A program made the translations under genes and the position numbers. Of a stretch of DNA of 64,000 nucleotides, positions 1-12,760 are shown in pieces. The stretch is from Asterias rubens. Lineage: Eukaryota. Below the pieces are notes generated by a model. The model had not been told where the DNA came from. It did no database searches and saw only the letters and a program-made list of their open reading frames with translations. The stretch is taken from assembly GCF_902459465.1 (NCBI RefSeq), contig NC_047062.1, positions 20,460,001 through 20,524,000 of the forward strand. The letters run 5' to 3'. Numbering within the stretch: position 1 is the stretch's first letter; every line of letters starts with the position of its first letter.

Positions 1-418
1 AATTAAAAAAATCACAACAATCAAAAAATAACAAAATAGTAAAAAAGGATGCGTGCGGGGAAGATCAACTGGTACTTTGTTTTATTTGGCCTTAGCAGAC
101 CATGGGCAGACATATGACATCAGTGCAAGGGGGTCCACACCTTTACAATACAGCTGTAAACTTGTGTCAAAAGTCAGAAGCAATACCTTCTTCTTTTCCA
201 TCATCATCATCATCATACATTTATTCAATTGCTGTCCTTACCTTTCACAATTCAAAGAAAAGTTTGTCAATGCATTAGGTTCAAATTAAATGTTTCTTCT
301 AAAGACGAGTTACCGTTTGAAACGTCAAGACCAAAGCTTTCAGCGAGCACACACTCCCCTCAAAAAAAGATTTAATACATGGTTGTACCCTTCCTACAGG
401 GTTATACCCGCAAGTTTA

Positions 419-966
419 CTAAGGGAATCAATGTGTGGTCAAGAGGTTTTCAACTAGTGGTTTAATCCCAACGATGCCTGGTTCTTTATAATTTTATCAA
501 GACGCAGTCGAGGTAAATTGTAAAGAACCAGGCCTCGGCGAGTTTAAACCACTAGTTGAAAACCGATTCAACACACTTTGATTCCCATTCATAAATACCT
601 TTTCGGTCAAAAACATCATCACTTTTTGGTCAAAAAGTAAAATAAATGCAAAAATTATAATTGTTATATGATTTCTTTCAACACAACACCCCTCCAGCTA
701 TGAAATGGTAAAGCCCTCCGCCGCCCTCAAGTAAACAACTCCTTATAAGGGAATGTTGTGCGCGTCGCGCGTATCGCGTGATCTGGCACAAGCTGTTGCT
801 CTCGACCAATAGGAATGAAGAAACTGTCTTATAAGAACAGGTGCAAGGTCGCGTGTCACGCCCATGAATTAACACTTTTTACCGGTCATAAACAAAGGTT
901 TATACACACCCACGTGACGCGCTCTCCACCAATAGGAATAGCGAAACTGTCTTAGGTATTTATGAA
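419..966. mobile_element. Non-autonomous DNA element, family E
   Basis: Highly similar to 28810-29378 in opposite orientation (aagggaatcaatgtgtgg...cttaggtatttatgaat). Confidence 0.8.
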
Positions 967-1024
967 TATATATGTATTTAGAGTTAATTTTTATTATTCA
1001 TAACATGCAAAACTTCAAATATTA

Positions 1025-1219
<195 letters not shown>

Positions 1220-1375
1220 TCAACATTTCAAGAACAAACTAAGGTGTAAAAAAAGCTGTTGAATTTTTGTTCCATTGGCAATTGGGGAAAAAAGTAGGAA
1301 TATTTGATCCCATACAAAGCCTGACCTACACATGTACATCATGTACATGTAGGCTACACATGGTGTACCCTCTAA

Positions 1376-1739
1376 AGACACTGGACACCTTTGGTAATTG
1401 TCAAAGACCAGTCTTCTCACTTGTATCTCAACATAAGAACAAAATGTGACAATTTGAACTCAATTGGTTGTCGAAGTTGCGAGACAATAATGGAAGAAAA
1501 AACACCATGTGTGCTTTTAGATGCTTGATTTCGAGACCTCATGCGTGAGGTCCCAAATCAATTTAAATATTTTACAGAGAAATTACTTCTTTCTCAAAAT
1601 CTACGTTACTTCAGAGGGAGCCGTTTCTCACAATGCTTTATAGATACTATCAACAGCTCTCGATTGCTCGTTACAAAGTACATGTCCAGTTTTTATGCTA
1701 CCATTTATTTTGCGTAATTACCAATAGTTTCCAGTGCCT
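1376..1739. mobile_element. TTAA-target MITE, family A (Kolobok/T2-like)
   Basis: TIR AGACACTGGACAC..CCAGTGCCT, TTAA right flank, about 370-bp shared body. Confidence 0.85.
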
Positions 1740-2664
1740 TTAAGAGACTTTTCTGGCTTTTTAATCACAATTTTTCTGACAACAATTCGGGAGTCAGATA
1801 AAGTAGGAAGAATATCATGACTGATCGAAGCACCATCATACTTTTTTTAAACTTTAAAGTAAGACTGATGCTTTTCAATATATACATGTTGCTATCTTTG
1901 GCTCATTTCCAAATAAAAGAAGCAAGATTTCAAGCTAAGCTGACGGAATTCTTCCTGCATACGACAGGGACTCATCTATGCAACTGATGTAAAAAAAAAT
2001 ATTTAAAAAGGGAAATAAATCAATTTTTTATACTATTGAAGCCCAGAAGTCTATCAAATGTGAGGCCATTTCACATGGTTCAACCCATGGTTCAACTGAT
2101 AAACATGGACGTTGTGATATCATGTTAGCCGTCCATCAATAGTACAGCCATTGAGCTGTTATGTACTTTGGCCTAGTTTGGTAGTCATTGAGCTGCGACA
2201 TACCTTGGCCTACAAGTACCTTGGTGGCCACAAGCTCGACCTCGACTGTTGCCATTCTGTGGCATTAAGCCATTATATGGAAATTAGCTATAAAGATTTC
2301 CGAAAAAGAGTAAAACATTAAAGGCATAGAGCAAAACCAAGCTCACATGATGATGTGACCGGGACAGATATGGAGACCTGCAAAAGAAAGAAAGGAGTTT
2401 TACATTTACGACTTGTCCAGCCCTGGCTCCATGGTCCAGCAGACCACTTTACATATTGGTTAATCAGAGACATCATTTTGTAGTCTTGACTGCAAAGAAT
2501 TTCAAACTTTCTTACAATGAATTATTATCAGTACAAGCATACTAAAAATCAGTCTACTCTTGTCAGGGCAAGGCAGTTTTTTTCTCAGTATGAATAGCAC
2601 CTGAAAGGTAGGACTTTATTTTCCTCTGCCAGAGCATTTCCAAAGACACCAAGGCAATGACCAG

Positions 2665-2857
2665 GCGTGGATGTCACAAGGAGTTAAGACTTGCCTTATC
2701 TTGTACATAGTATGTTGTATTGTAACTCGTCTTAACTTAGGACTAGCCTTAAAAGTTTTTTAAATCTTCAAGGACTAGTCCTAAGTTAGGAAAGTTAGGA
2801 CTAGTCCTAACTAAGTACTACATCCGTATGTAGCCCTATTCTTTGTGAAATCAACCC
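2665..2857. mobile_element. Harbinger-like MITE (CWG target, CTAG-rich core)
   Basis: CAG flanks; TIR G.GTGGAT.TCACAA / TTGTGAAATC.ACCC. Confidence 0.75.
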
Positions 2858-3069
2858 CAGGGCCCAATGCTAAAGAGCTGCTTTTATAAGCAGAAAATTT
2901 TCTGATTAATAATTTTCTGGCAAGCAAAAATTAGCTAGAAAGTAATTAACTGGTAACACTATTGATAATAACTTAAACATTTATATTGCAGCCTTGACAT
3001 TTATACAAATAATCAAAAGCGAAACAGATTTTAAAATGCAAAGAATGGAAGAAAGAAACAAGAATAGTC

Positions 3070-3385
3070 ACAAGGCTAGTTCCCCAGCCGTGACACTTGT
3101 GTCCTTAAGCAAGACACATAACCACTGCTTCGTCCTTGGGATGGGACGTAAAGCCGTTGGTCCCATGTGTTGTGTAAACGCATGTAAAAGAACCCAGTGC
3201 ACTTATCGAAAAGAGAAGGGGTTTGCCCCGGTGTTCCTGGCTGGATTGGCAGCATATTGCGCCATAGCACCTTGTATACCATTACATGGTGCTTAAGGAT
3301 TAGGTCTTATATCTCAAAATTTGACCCACTCCTTGCAGTAATAATACCTGGCGCTTTGTATCCTTTGGCAAAAGGCGCGTTATAA

Positions 3386-3420
<35 letters not shown>
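3070..3420 (+). mobile_element. 5'-truncated tRNA-derived SINE (second family)
   Basis: gtgacacttgtgtccttaagcaagacac core, gtgcacttatcgaaaagagaagggg body, (ATT)n tail. Confidence 0.85.
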
Positions 3421-3421
<1 letters not shown>

Positions 3422-4866
3422 CCAAACTACAGTATGGGGACATGTCTGTCCATCCAACAGAGAACTAAAAGTTGATTCTTAGATCTATCCTTAACCCTAA
3501 TGGCATTGGTATTGTTTTGATGTGTTCAGGAGACAGACGCTATCTTTGGCTCATTTCCAAATACTAAGCAAGATTTCCAGCTAAGAAAGCTGACTGAATT
3601 CTACCTGCATACGACAGGGACTCATCTATGCAACTGATGTAAAAAAAAAAAATATTGAAAAAAAAAGGGAAATAAATCAATTTTTTATACTAATGAAGCC
3701 CCAAAGTCTAGCATTGGTATTGTTTTGATGTGTTCAGGAGACAGACGCCTCTAACTCTAACTGTACCTACATGTATAATGCAAAAAAATAAACTAAAACA
3801 TACTAAACTCAAGCGCGTTTGATAATGTGAACATGGAAAAAAAGCTGCCGAGCGAGCCTTCTGGATGTTGGTTTTCAAAGTAAGCTCAGAATCAAACCAT
3901 GATCCTAATTTACCAACACACGCTGCAGGAAAAACTCTAGCATCGACTGTCAATTATCATGATATTGGAAATATTTACTTTACTCTTTGCGCCATTATTT
4001 ATAAGCCTGTCATTAAAGTGTCATAGACATCCTTTGCCTGACATATTCCAGATGCAATTTTTACCAGCAGCTTGACAAGATATATCGTCAGGTCTAAAAA
4101 ATAGAAACAGCGAAGCGCCATTGGCATAACACTGAACATGATCCAAATGATGCTAAATGATGTCAAACAATTTGGAGACTAATAGACGATGATAAATAAT
4201 GGTCCCAACCAAGATCCTTGAGAAACACCAGAGTTAGTGTTGAACTTTTCTGAAAGGTACCTGTACAATGTACCTCGATTAGCATGGTAAACAAAAAACA
4301 TTGCAAAGCTACTACTATTTTTACAGGCTTCCATTTCCTTGAAATTGGGCCATGGGGCACAGAGGCAAAAGCTTCAGGCCTCGAGTAAAGACAACCATCA
4401 AACTAGTACATTTTAATCGTACAAATTCAGTTCATAGATGTTCTACATGAGTCTGCATAGTTTGGACACAGTTTAATTCATGCATACGTAATGAAGGTAA
4501 TCACAATCTCCAGCAAGTAATTGCAACCATCTGTCAATCAAGAGACCATCTGTTTGTTTTAAAAAGAAACTTGCACACAATATTTCTATAAACAAAAACT
4601 AAATATTATTTTTATCAAACCACACTTTGTAGATCCTTGATTGGTGGGACACTTGCATGAGTCACATGTCATTATAAATGCACTGTTCCTGAGCTTTGCA
4701 ATGTAGGATGCTTCACAGATATATTATATGCTACAAAAATAAACACCTGAGTTTCAAATAACTAATTCAAGATTCAAACTTGCACGAGCCGAATACACTG
4801 CATGCGACCTGCCAGTTTAAATTGGGCTGCGAAATTTGAGCGATCTGATGGTGCAATCGTCTCATT

Positions 4867-6177
4867 CAATTTCCTCAGGCATCGTTTAAAATACTCCTCA
4901 CAACTCCTCACATTTCAATTCAGGTCTTCCTCAGGCATCGTTTAAAACACTCCTCACAACTCCTCACATTTCAATTCAGGTCTTCCTCAGGCATCGTTTA
5001 AAACACTCACTCACAACTCCTCACATTTCAATTCAGGTCTTCCTCAGGCATCGTTTAAAACACTCACTCACAACTCCTCACATTTCAATTCAGGTCTTCC
5101 TCAGGCATCGTTTAAAACACTCACTCACAACTCCTCACATTTCAATTCAGGTCTTCCTCAGGCATCGTTTAAAACACTCACCCACAACTCCTCACATTTC
5201 AATTCAGGTCTTCCTCAGGCATCGTTTAAAACACTCACCCACAACTCCTCACATTTCAATTCAGGTCTTCCTCAGGCATCGTTTAAAACACTCACTCACA
5301 ACTCCTCACATTTCAATTCAGGTCTTCCTCAGGCATCGTTTAAAACACTCACTCACAACTCCTCACATTTCAATTCAGGTCTTCCTCAGGCATCGTTTAA
5401 AACACTCACTCACAACTCCTCACATTTCAATTCAGGTCTTCCTCAGGCATCGTTTAAAACACTCACCCACAACTCCTCACATTTCAATTCAGGTCTTCCT
5501 CAGGCATCGTTTAAAACACCCACCCACAACTCCTCACATATCAATTCAGGTCTTCCTCAGGCATCGTTTAAAACACTCACTCACAACTCCTCACATTTCA
5601 ATTCAGGTCTTCCTCAGGCATCGTTTAAAACACTCACTCACAACTCCTCACATTTCAATTCAGGTCTTCCTCAGGCATCGTTTAAAACACTTACTCACAA
5701 CTCCTCACATTTCAATTCAGGTCTTCCTCAGGCATCGTTTAAAACACTCACTCACAACTCCTCACATTTCAATTCAGGTCTTCCTCAGGCATCGTTTAAA
5801 ACACTCACTCACAACTCCTCACAGTTCAATTCAGGTCTTCCTCAGGCATCGTTTAAAACACTCACCCACAACTCCTCACATTTCAATTCAGGTCTTCCTC
5901 AGGCATCGTTTAAAACACTCACTCACAACTCCTCACATTTCAATTCAGGTCTTCCTCAGGCATCGTTTAAAACACTCACAACTCCTCACATTTCAATTCA
6001 GGTCTTCCTCAGGCATCGTTTAAAACACTCACTCACAACTCCTCACATTTCAATTCAGGTCTTCCTCAGGCATCGTTTAAAACACTCACCCACAACTCCT
6101 CACATTTCAATTCAGGTCTTCCTCAGGCATCGTTTAAAACACTCACTCACAACTCCTCACATTTCAATTCAGGTCTT
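4867..6177. repeat. 57-bp minisatellite, about 23 near-identical copies, in EGLN1 intron 1
   Basis: Unit tcttcctcaggcatcgtttaaaacactcactcacaactcctcacatttcaattcagg; occasional 56- and 53-bp variants; no spacers. Confidence 0.97.
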
Positions 6178-6280
6178 GTACAACAAAGTCTACAGTCAAA
6201 ACAAAGAGAGCAGGTCAAGCCCAGCGGTTTTTGGTGATTTCTCATCATCTAAGTCTCTTAGATTCCTACAGTAAGAACCC

Positions 6281-6447
6281 AGGGCTGTATTTTTGAAAGG
6301 GCAAGGGCACCAAGGCATTTTTTCTTTGGCAAAGGGCACCCTTTGAGGAAATTGTGAATTTCTACTGGAGCATTTCAAGGGCACCAAGGCAATTACAAGG
6401 GGCAACGGAGGCAATCGCCTAAGTTGCCTCCGTGAAGTATCAGGCCT
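6281..6447. mobile_element. hAT-like MITE
   Basis: AGGGC..GGCCT ends, near-8-bp TSD (aagaaccc/tagaaccc); related fragments at about 2560-2660 and 34790-34835. Confidence 0.55.
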
Positions 6448-6946
6448 TAGAACCCCTTGCACTAATGTCATAAATATGGCTGCCTGCCAAATGGTCTGCC
6501 AACTAAGGAGTCAGTTGTGTTCAGCAACGATTTGGTGAGAGTCTTAACTGACTCTGAAAATAGTGCATCCAAGATGTATTGTGTTATGATTTCAGTGAAA
6601 TCGGTCAATAAACAAATCCAAGTGGCAACCACAGCATTTTGCGCTCAACCATGCCAACATTAACTTTGTTTACATGTACATAGCCTAGATATATTACACA
6701 CATCTCTGAGGGGCGTTGAAGCACGTGCACTATGTTAGTGTGCGTGTGGAAAACACTGATACAGGTATAATAATAATAACCACGTCTTCTCCATTATAAA
6801 CCCAAAAAGTGCTCATGGCGCTTGCTCCAATAAAAATATTCCCCCTTGGTTGTTCTCCAACAGTGCAAAGAACAATTACAAATTACAAAATCTAGTGAGG
6901 TAAAACTTGCAACCAACCTGCAAAACTTGAAAAACCACTTCTTTAA

Positions 6947-7311
6947 AGGCACTGCATACGTTTGGTAATTGTGAAAGACCAGTGGTTTCACTTGGTGTAT
7001 TGCATAAAATAACAAGCCTGTGAAAATTTGGGCTCAATTGGTAATCGAAGTTACCAGAAAATGATGAAATAATCAACACCCTTGTTTGACGAATTTGTGT
7101 GCTTTCAGATAGGAATAAAAGACTTGTACATGTAGCTAGAAGTCTTTTATTATTTTAGTGAGAAAGTACCTCTTTCTCAAAAACTACATTACTTCAGAGG
7201 GGGTTGTTTCCCACAATGTTTCATACTTTCTACAGCTGTCCAGTGCGCGTTACCAAGTCAGTTTTTAAGTTAATATTTGTTTTGAGTAATTACCAAACGT
7301 GTACCTTCCCT
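6947..7311. mobile_element. TTAA-target MITE, family A
   Basis: TTAA on both flanks; family A body. Confidence 0.85.
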
Positions 7312-8839
7312 TTAAGTTGACCTTTGAGGACATCAATGACTACAACATGTACACCCACACATCCATTGTTAAATAACTGTACCTGGTACAGTATGTTAAA
7401 ACATTACGACATGGATTTCCTTTAGGCATTGCGAACTACACGTACTTGTTATATACAGCAGTACATTCATCACTTAATTGAGTGTACGCATTCCAGAATT
7501 CCTTCAACATAATTATTTTCTTTAAAAAAACCTTTAAAAAAAAAACCACAGTAACAAAGCTGAGAGTTGAGACAGAACAGAAACAAGTCATTAAACAGTG
7601 ATACTCTCTCTCTCTGGCAGAGACAGTGGCAACCTGATAATACTTCATATCAGACCTTTGTTTTCACCAAAGAGCAATAAAACCCATGACCCAGGGTGTA
7701 CTGGCATTATTTCTCTGAGAGGGTGCCTACGTGCAGTTTCTAGCATTGACATTCTATTTATAGAAACAGGTTGTCCTGCCTGCTGATTCACTGCTGGTTT
7801 TCAACACACATTGTACTCCCAGATGACTGCAATCTGAAAAAAATCCTAACACAACACAATGACCCAAGTCAAATAATGATGACATGATCATCAACAATAC
7901 ATTTTGGTTTAAACACTGTTCAAGGGCAGTTTGTGGGAAAGATTCATCAGAGTGCAATTTTGGCAACAACATGTCCAAGGGACATGCACCATAATACCAT
8001 ACTACTAGTCTTCAAGTTCAGTTTCATTCATTCCTCAGTTTATTTATTGGTCACATTGGCTACCTCCATGGTTAAACCAACATGACATTCTTCGTCCACA
8101 GCGTGGACATAACAGGAATAAAAAAAATACACACCACAACAACTGATTACGTATTAATTTGATTTCTAAGTACTAGGCCTATACAAAATACTGTATTATT
8201 ATGGTACTGAACCAAAACATTGTGAATGTAATCATTTGAATAAAAGATTTAACAAAGGGACCATTCTGCAGCCTAACTTCAGGGTGTAGATCTGGATATT
8301 TTGACTGACCTGTTAAATTTTTATCATTTTTTAAAAGATTAAAAAAAAAAAAAAGAGAAGAAAAAAAAGAGGTTGCCTACGTGCAATTTCTAGCATCGCT
8401 ATTTTCATTGGGGTCTAATGTACATCATGATGTAGCTATGTAGGTTGTGAGTTCGCTTGGTCCAAGTACCACATCCAAATGCATAGGATGGGCTGACATC
8501 CCTCCCCCCCCGCCCCCCCCCCCCCCCCCACCGACCTGATAACGCACCCTTGTTTATGAAAGATTTGACTATCAGTATCAATGCTCTATAGATTGTGTCA
8601 CTTGAAAACAACTTAAACTGTTGACATTAGTTGACATTAAATTCCCAACAGTATACTCAGTGTAAATGAATCTAATTTATTATACATAGAAGTTTCAGCT
8701 TCATTAGTTGTCATAGTTTCTGTCTGTTCTTGTTAGGGGTTTTACACCTCTTGCCATGAGTGCATTTTTATGTTTTGTTTACTTCCTTTATTTACCGACC
8801 TTTTGTACATTTTACTGTTTTTATAGGCCTAATGTTTAA

Positions 8840-9198
8840 AGGATTTGGGTACTTTTTCAAAATGTCCGTAGATTTACATTAAACTTACAGGGTTTGAAGA
8901 TAATGATAGTGGAAAGCTTCCCTTCAAATATTACTTCTGAGGTGCTGTAGTTTATGAGAAATGAGTAAAACAATGTCATGAAAAAAACCGTTTACAAGTA
9001 AATGCTTAAAATAATTTTCATCTCATGAGACGAAAATTATTTTCATAACATTGTTTTATTCATTTCCCCAAAACTACAGCACCTCAGCACGTAATATTTT
9101 CAGGCAAGCTTTCTACTATCATTATCTTCAAACTGTGTAAGTTTAGTGTAAGTCTGTGGACATTGTGTTTTTTGTCCTACAAAAAGTACATACACCCT
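8840..9198. mobile_element. TTAA-target MITE, family B
   Basis: TTAA|AGGATTTGGGTACTTTTT...AAAAAGTACATACACCCT|TTAA, long internal inverted symmetry; a partial second copy lies at about 9300-9480. Confidence 0.8.
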
Positions 9199-10557
9199 TT
9201 AATATTGATATTTTTATCCGTCTTGTAATTGGGTTGTTGGCACTTGCACTGTTTGATTTGTATAAAATGAAACAAAGTAAAATAAAATCAAAGCAATGTT
9301 TTCAGGAGAGTCACGTTAATTATCCGTTGTATGCTGAAATACATGTAACTTTCATCTCACTGAGACGTAAATTATATTTGTGAAATTGTTTTAGTAATTT
9401 CTCAGAAACTACAGCACAGGTAACATTTAAAGGGAAACTTTCTACCATCGTTATCTTGAAAGGCACTGGACTGGTAGTAGTTACTCTTAAACAGCTACCT
9501 GAGCGGAATGTTTTCGACAGAAATGGTATTTTTACTTGTTTATAATGCACTTGTTCACCATTTTAATGTAATTTTGATATGTGTACACCTTAGTGTACAC
9601 TTCTGAACTTTTCGTAATTATCGAGTAAAAAATCAGGCCCCTACCTAAAGGTTTTTTGAAAAACTAAAAACACTTACTGCCGTTGAGAGCGGGCGTCAAA
9701 GGACAACGCCGCTGACGTCATTTGTGGGAGTTTGCTTTGTTATACATCCACGCTGCAACAAAGCGGCTTTACCTACTTATAATGACGTTTTGAGAGTGAT
9801 TACGTAACGGAGCTTTTCGCAAAACTCGCAGAAAAGCTCTGGACAAGGGCATACAAAATGATTGTTTTTTTACACAATTGAAACCTATTTATAATCATAT
9901 GACTCGATTTCCTTATTCATCGAAAACATTTTAAGTGGAATTCAGCAAAGTTCACGACTTGACATTTTCGTTCAAGCAGGTCTTTAAACAATTAGGCCCT
10001 ATAGCATAAAAACTTACTTGGTAACAAGCAATGGAGAGCTGTTGATAGTTAACACAGTGTGAGAAATGGCTCCCTCTGGAAGTGACGTAGTTTTAGAAAG
10101 AGGTAAATTCTCACTCAAAAAATAAAAGACTTTAGCCGAGGTCTTCTATTTGAACATTTGTGTAGCGTGTAGTACAAAAGGTACCCAAACCCTTTAATTC
10201 ATAAACACTCTTCTTACTTGTTCAAGATCGTTTACATTACTCTTCTTACTTGTTCAAGATCGTTTACATTATCCATGGAGCCTCCATAAGATCATTCTTA
10301 GTATCGTTTGTGTACATGTTGTGATTGTGCGCAATGTGCAGACTGCAGTACAGTCGTTCCCATCATGCATCACTCCATCCTGAACAAGAATGTGTACTTA
10401 GCGCATCAGCCCATCCCAGCGGCCTTGGATGAGACCTTTAGGGCTGAGCGAAGGTTGTGTTTTGTTTTTGAGGTACAAGACGCCCTGTAGTAGATCATAG
10501 AGGGCGGAGGTGCACATTAGGTATGATATTTTACCCTTGTGAAAAAAGTTTCGTTAG

Positions 10558-10935
10558 AGGCAGTGGACACTATTAGTAATTACTCAAAATAATTATTAGC
10601 ACACAACCTTACTTGGTAACAAGTAATGGGGAGAGGTTGATTGTATAAAACATTTTGAGGAACTGCTCCTTCTGAAGAGACGTAGTTTACGAGAAAGAAG
10701 TAGTTTTCCGCGAATTTGATTTCGAGACCTCAGATTTAGAATTTAAGGTCTCAAAATCAAGCATCTGATTGCACACAACTTTGTGTGACAAGGGCGTTTA
10801 TTCTTTCATTATTATCTCGCAACTTCGACGACCGATTGAGCTCAAATTTGCACAGGTTTGTTATTTTATGCATATGTTGAGATACACCAACTGTGAAGGC
10901 TAGGGTTTGACAATGATCAATAGTGGACACTGTCT
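10558..10935. mobile_element. TTAA-target MITE, family A, about 60 bp into EGLN1 intron 1
   Basis: AGGCAGTGGACAC start and TGTCT|TTAA end. Confidence 0.85.
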
Positions 10936-10998
10936 TTAACAAAGATCCACTGGGCATTGCTATTACTTGCCAATTCCCCTCCTTAACACAATACTCAC

Positions 10999-11970
10999 CT
11001 CTGTCCTTCCGTTGATGTTTTTAAACCCTTCGAGTTGCTCCTTGCACTGCTGAATTATCAAGTCCATTTTGGAAATAAGGGCGCCAATGTTTTTGGTCTG
11101 TGGAGTACTGCCATCCGACCATGCTATCATATCCCCTCGTATGTCCTTACAACTTGAAGAGCCCGACTCCTGACTAGTAACCAACTGTCCACTCTGGAAC
11201 TTGCCATTCTCTCGTAACGCCTTAACCTCGTCAATTATGGCATCGCCAAGATCCTGTCGTAGAAACTTATCCACTACGCAAACGCCAAATCTACGCATGT
11301 GGTCGCTGACATAATGCACCAGAGCATTGGTGTTCCTTTCCGCATGAGAACTATCGGAGCCTCCACCACCTGTTTTTTTACATGACAGGGAGTTTTCTTG
11401 TTCTTTACTGAAGACCTTGTTGTTCATCATGTTCATACTAAGCTCAGAGTTGTTCTCCCGTTCAGTTCCTTTATGATCGTCTTTTTCACCTTTACAAGGG
11501 GTGAGTGTGTGCGTGTACAAATGTTCCCTTTGAATGTTTGCTGAAAACTGTGCAATATCCTCTTGTCCTTGGGAGTCTTCTGTGTGTTTGACATCATCGG
11601 TTCCAGAACTAGGTATGACACCCCCTCTTGAAGACAGCCTACCCCTACCAGTATTTTGTTCATTCTTGCAGGATTTGCTTCCAGTTCCACTCTTCTCAGT
11701 CGAACACTCCATCTTGCTTGGTTTGACTTTGAGTGTTTTCTCATCCTTACATTTCTTACCAGTAGTCTCATGTTGTTGCTGGCTTCCCGTCTTACAGCAT
11801 GACGTCTTGTGCATTTTCCAGTGTTGTTTCTGGTGGTCTCTACTGCAGTACCACGTACCTTTACAACGACCGCATAGTTTCAGATTGTTGAACTCTTGGC
11901 AGAAGTCGAAAGCGCACATTTTCTCACTGCCAGTGACACTGCTGGAAGGATGTGGCTGTGAAAAAGCCAT
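10999..11970 (-). CDS. EGLN1: HIF prolyl hydroxylase (EGLN1/PHD2-type), coding exon 1: MYND finger, linker and N-terminal part of catalytic domain
   Basis: MYND motif CAFDFC..LCGRC..YCSRDHQKQHWKMHKTSC; catalytic segment FGVCVVDKFL..FQSGQLV..KDIRGD..INGRTE. Ends at GAG|gtgagt (10998), the same junction as the human exon 1/2. The tracked ORF to 10963 is intron read-through. Confidence 0.95.
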
Positions 11971-12328
11971 TGTTTAGCATCGTAGAAATAACAAGATTTA
12001 GAAACTAATAGTCACAACGAATAAACTTGAACCACATTTGATGATTTGACGAGGAAAACAGTTTTAATGTGATCAACGACACACGCCGACACCATCATCA
12101 CAGCGCAGTGACTGACGGTTTCCGAATACACACACGACGTACACACACACACATGGCTGCATGTTTTTTTTTTTTTTTTACTCGTCGTAATGTGTTTGTA
12201 CATGTATGGACGCTATTACTTGTACAGAGTACATGATATGCCACTGACCTACATTATTTTCTACCTCAAACAAAACTACTCACTAGCAGTCAGTGCGCAT
12301 GCACATTCCGTATCCTGTTCGGGGTGGT

Positions 12329-12334
12329 CACGTA
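12329..12334 (-). promoter_or_regulatory. Candidate hypoxia-response element (TACGTG) upstream of EGLN1
   Basis: Exact RCGTG core about 360 bp upstream of the ATG, at the edge of a CpG-rich region; a 6-mer can occur by chance. Confidence 0.3.
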
Positions 12335-12633
12335 GGCAATGTTTACAAAAATACATGTAGTAGTGTAGTGTAGTGTAGTACTTTGAACTTCACTGCCCGA
12401 ACCTGGCCCAATTAAGTAGAGCTGCATGAGGAAGAAATAATTTTGTGATACATTATTTGCAAATAATGTCTGCCCGTCCCCGTCGCGCGGGCGTGACGGA
12501 CGGCGGACAGACTGCTGAGAGTGTAGGAGCCTTTCTCAAACCACACAGCTTGGCCCTAACCTGCATTTTCAGCGCGTATTGCTGATTGTACAACATCAGC
12601 ACGCTACGCGGAGCCTGAGCCGGAGCCTTATTA

Positions 12634-12760
12634 GGCCGTGTCCGAATTGGCGAGTTCGGCTACAGCTACGGCTAGATCAGCGCGTCTGTCAGTGTTGAAG
12701 ATTAGCAGACGCGCGCGCCCTAGCCGTGCTGTAGCCGAAGTCGCCAATTCGGACACGGCC
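12634..12760. mobile_element. Hairpin MITE in the EGLN1 upstream region
   Basis: GGCCGTGTCCGAATTGGCGA...TCGCCAATTCGGACACGGCC with TA flanks. Confidence 0.82.

Noticed and set aside
4867-6177. Array as a CRISPR, or as a repetitive ORF (two + frames are stop-free: LPQASFKTLTHNSSHFNSG and FLRHRLKHSLTTPHISIQV)
   Set aside because: There are no unique spacers or cas genes in a eukaryotic intron. The open frames follow from a 57-bp C/A-rich unit, lack a start codon and are broken by 56- and 53-bp units.
11433-11977. ORFs 11433-11771 (-) and 11534-11977 (+)
   Set aside because: Alternative-frame and antisense shadows of EGLN1 exon 1.
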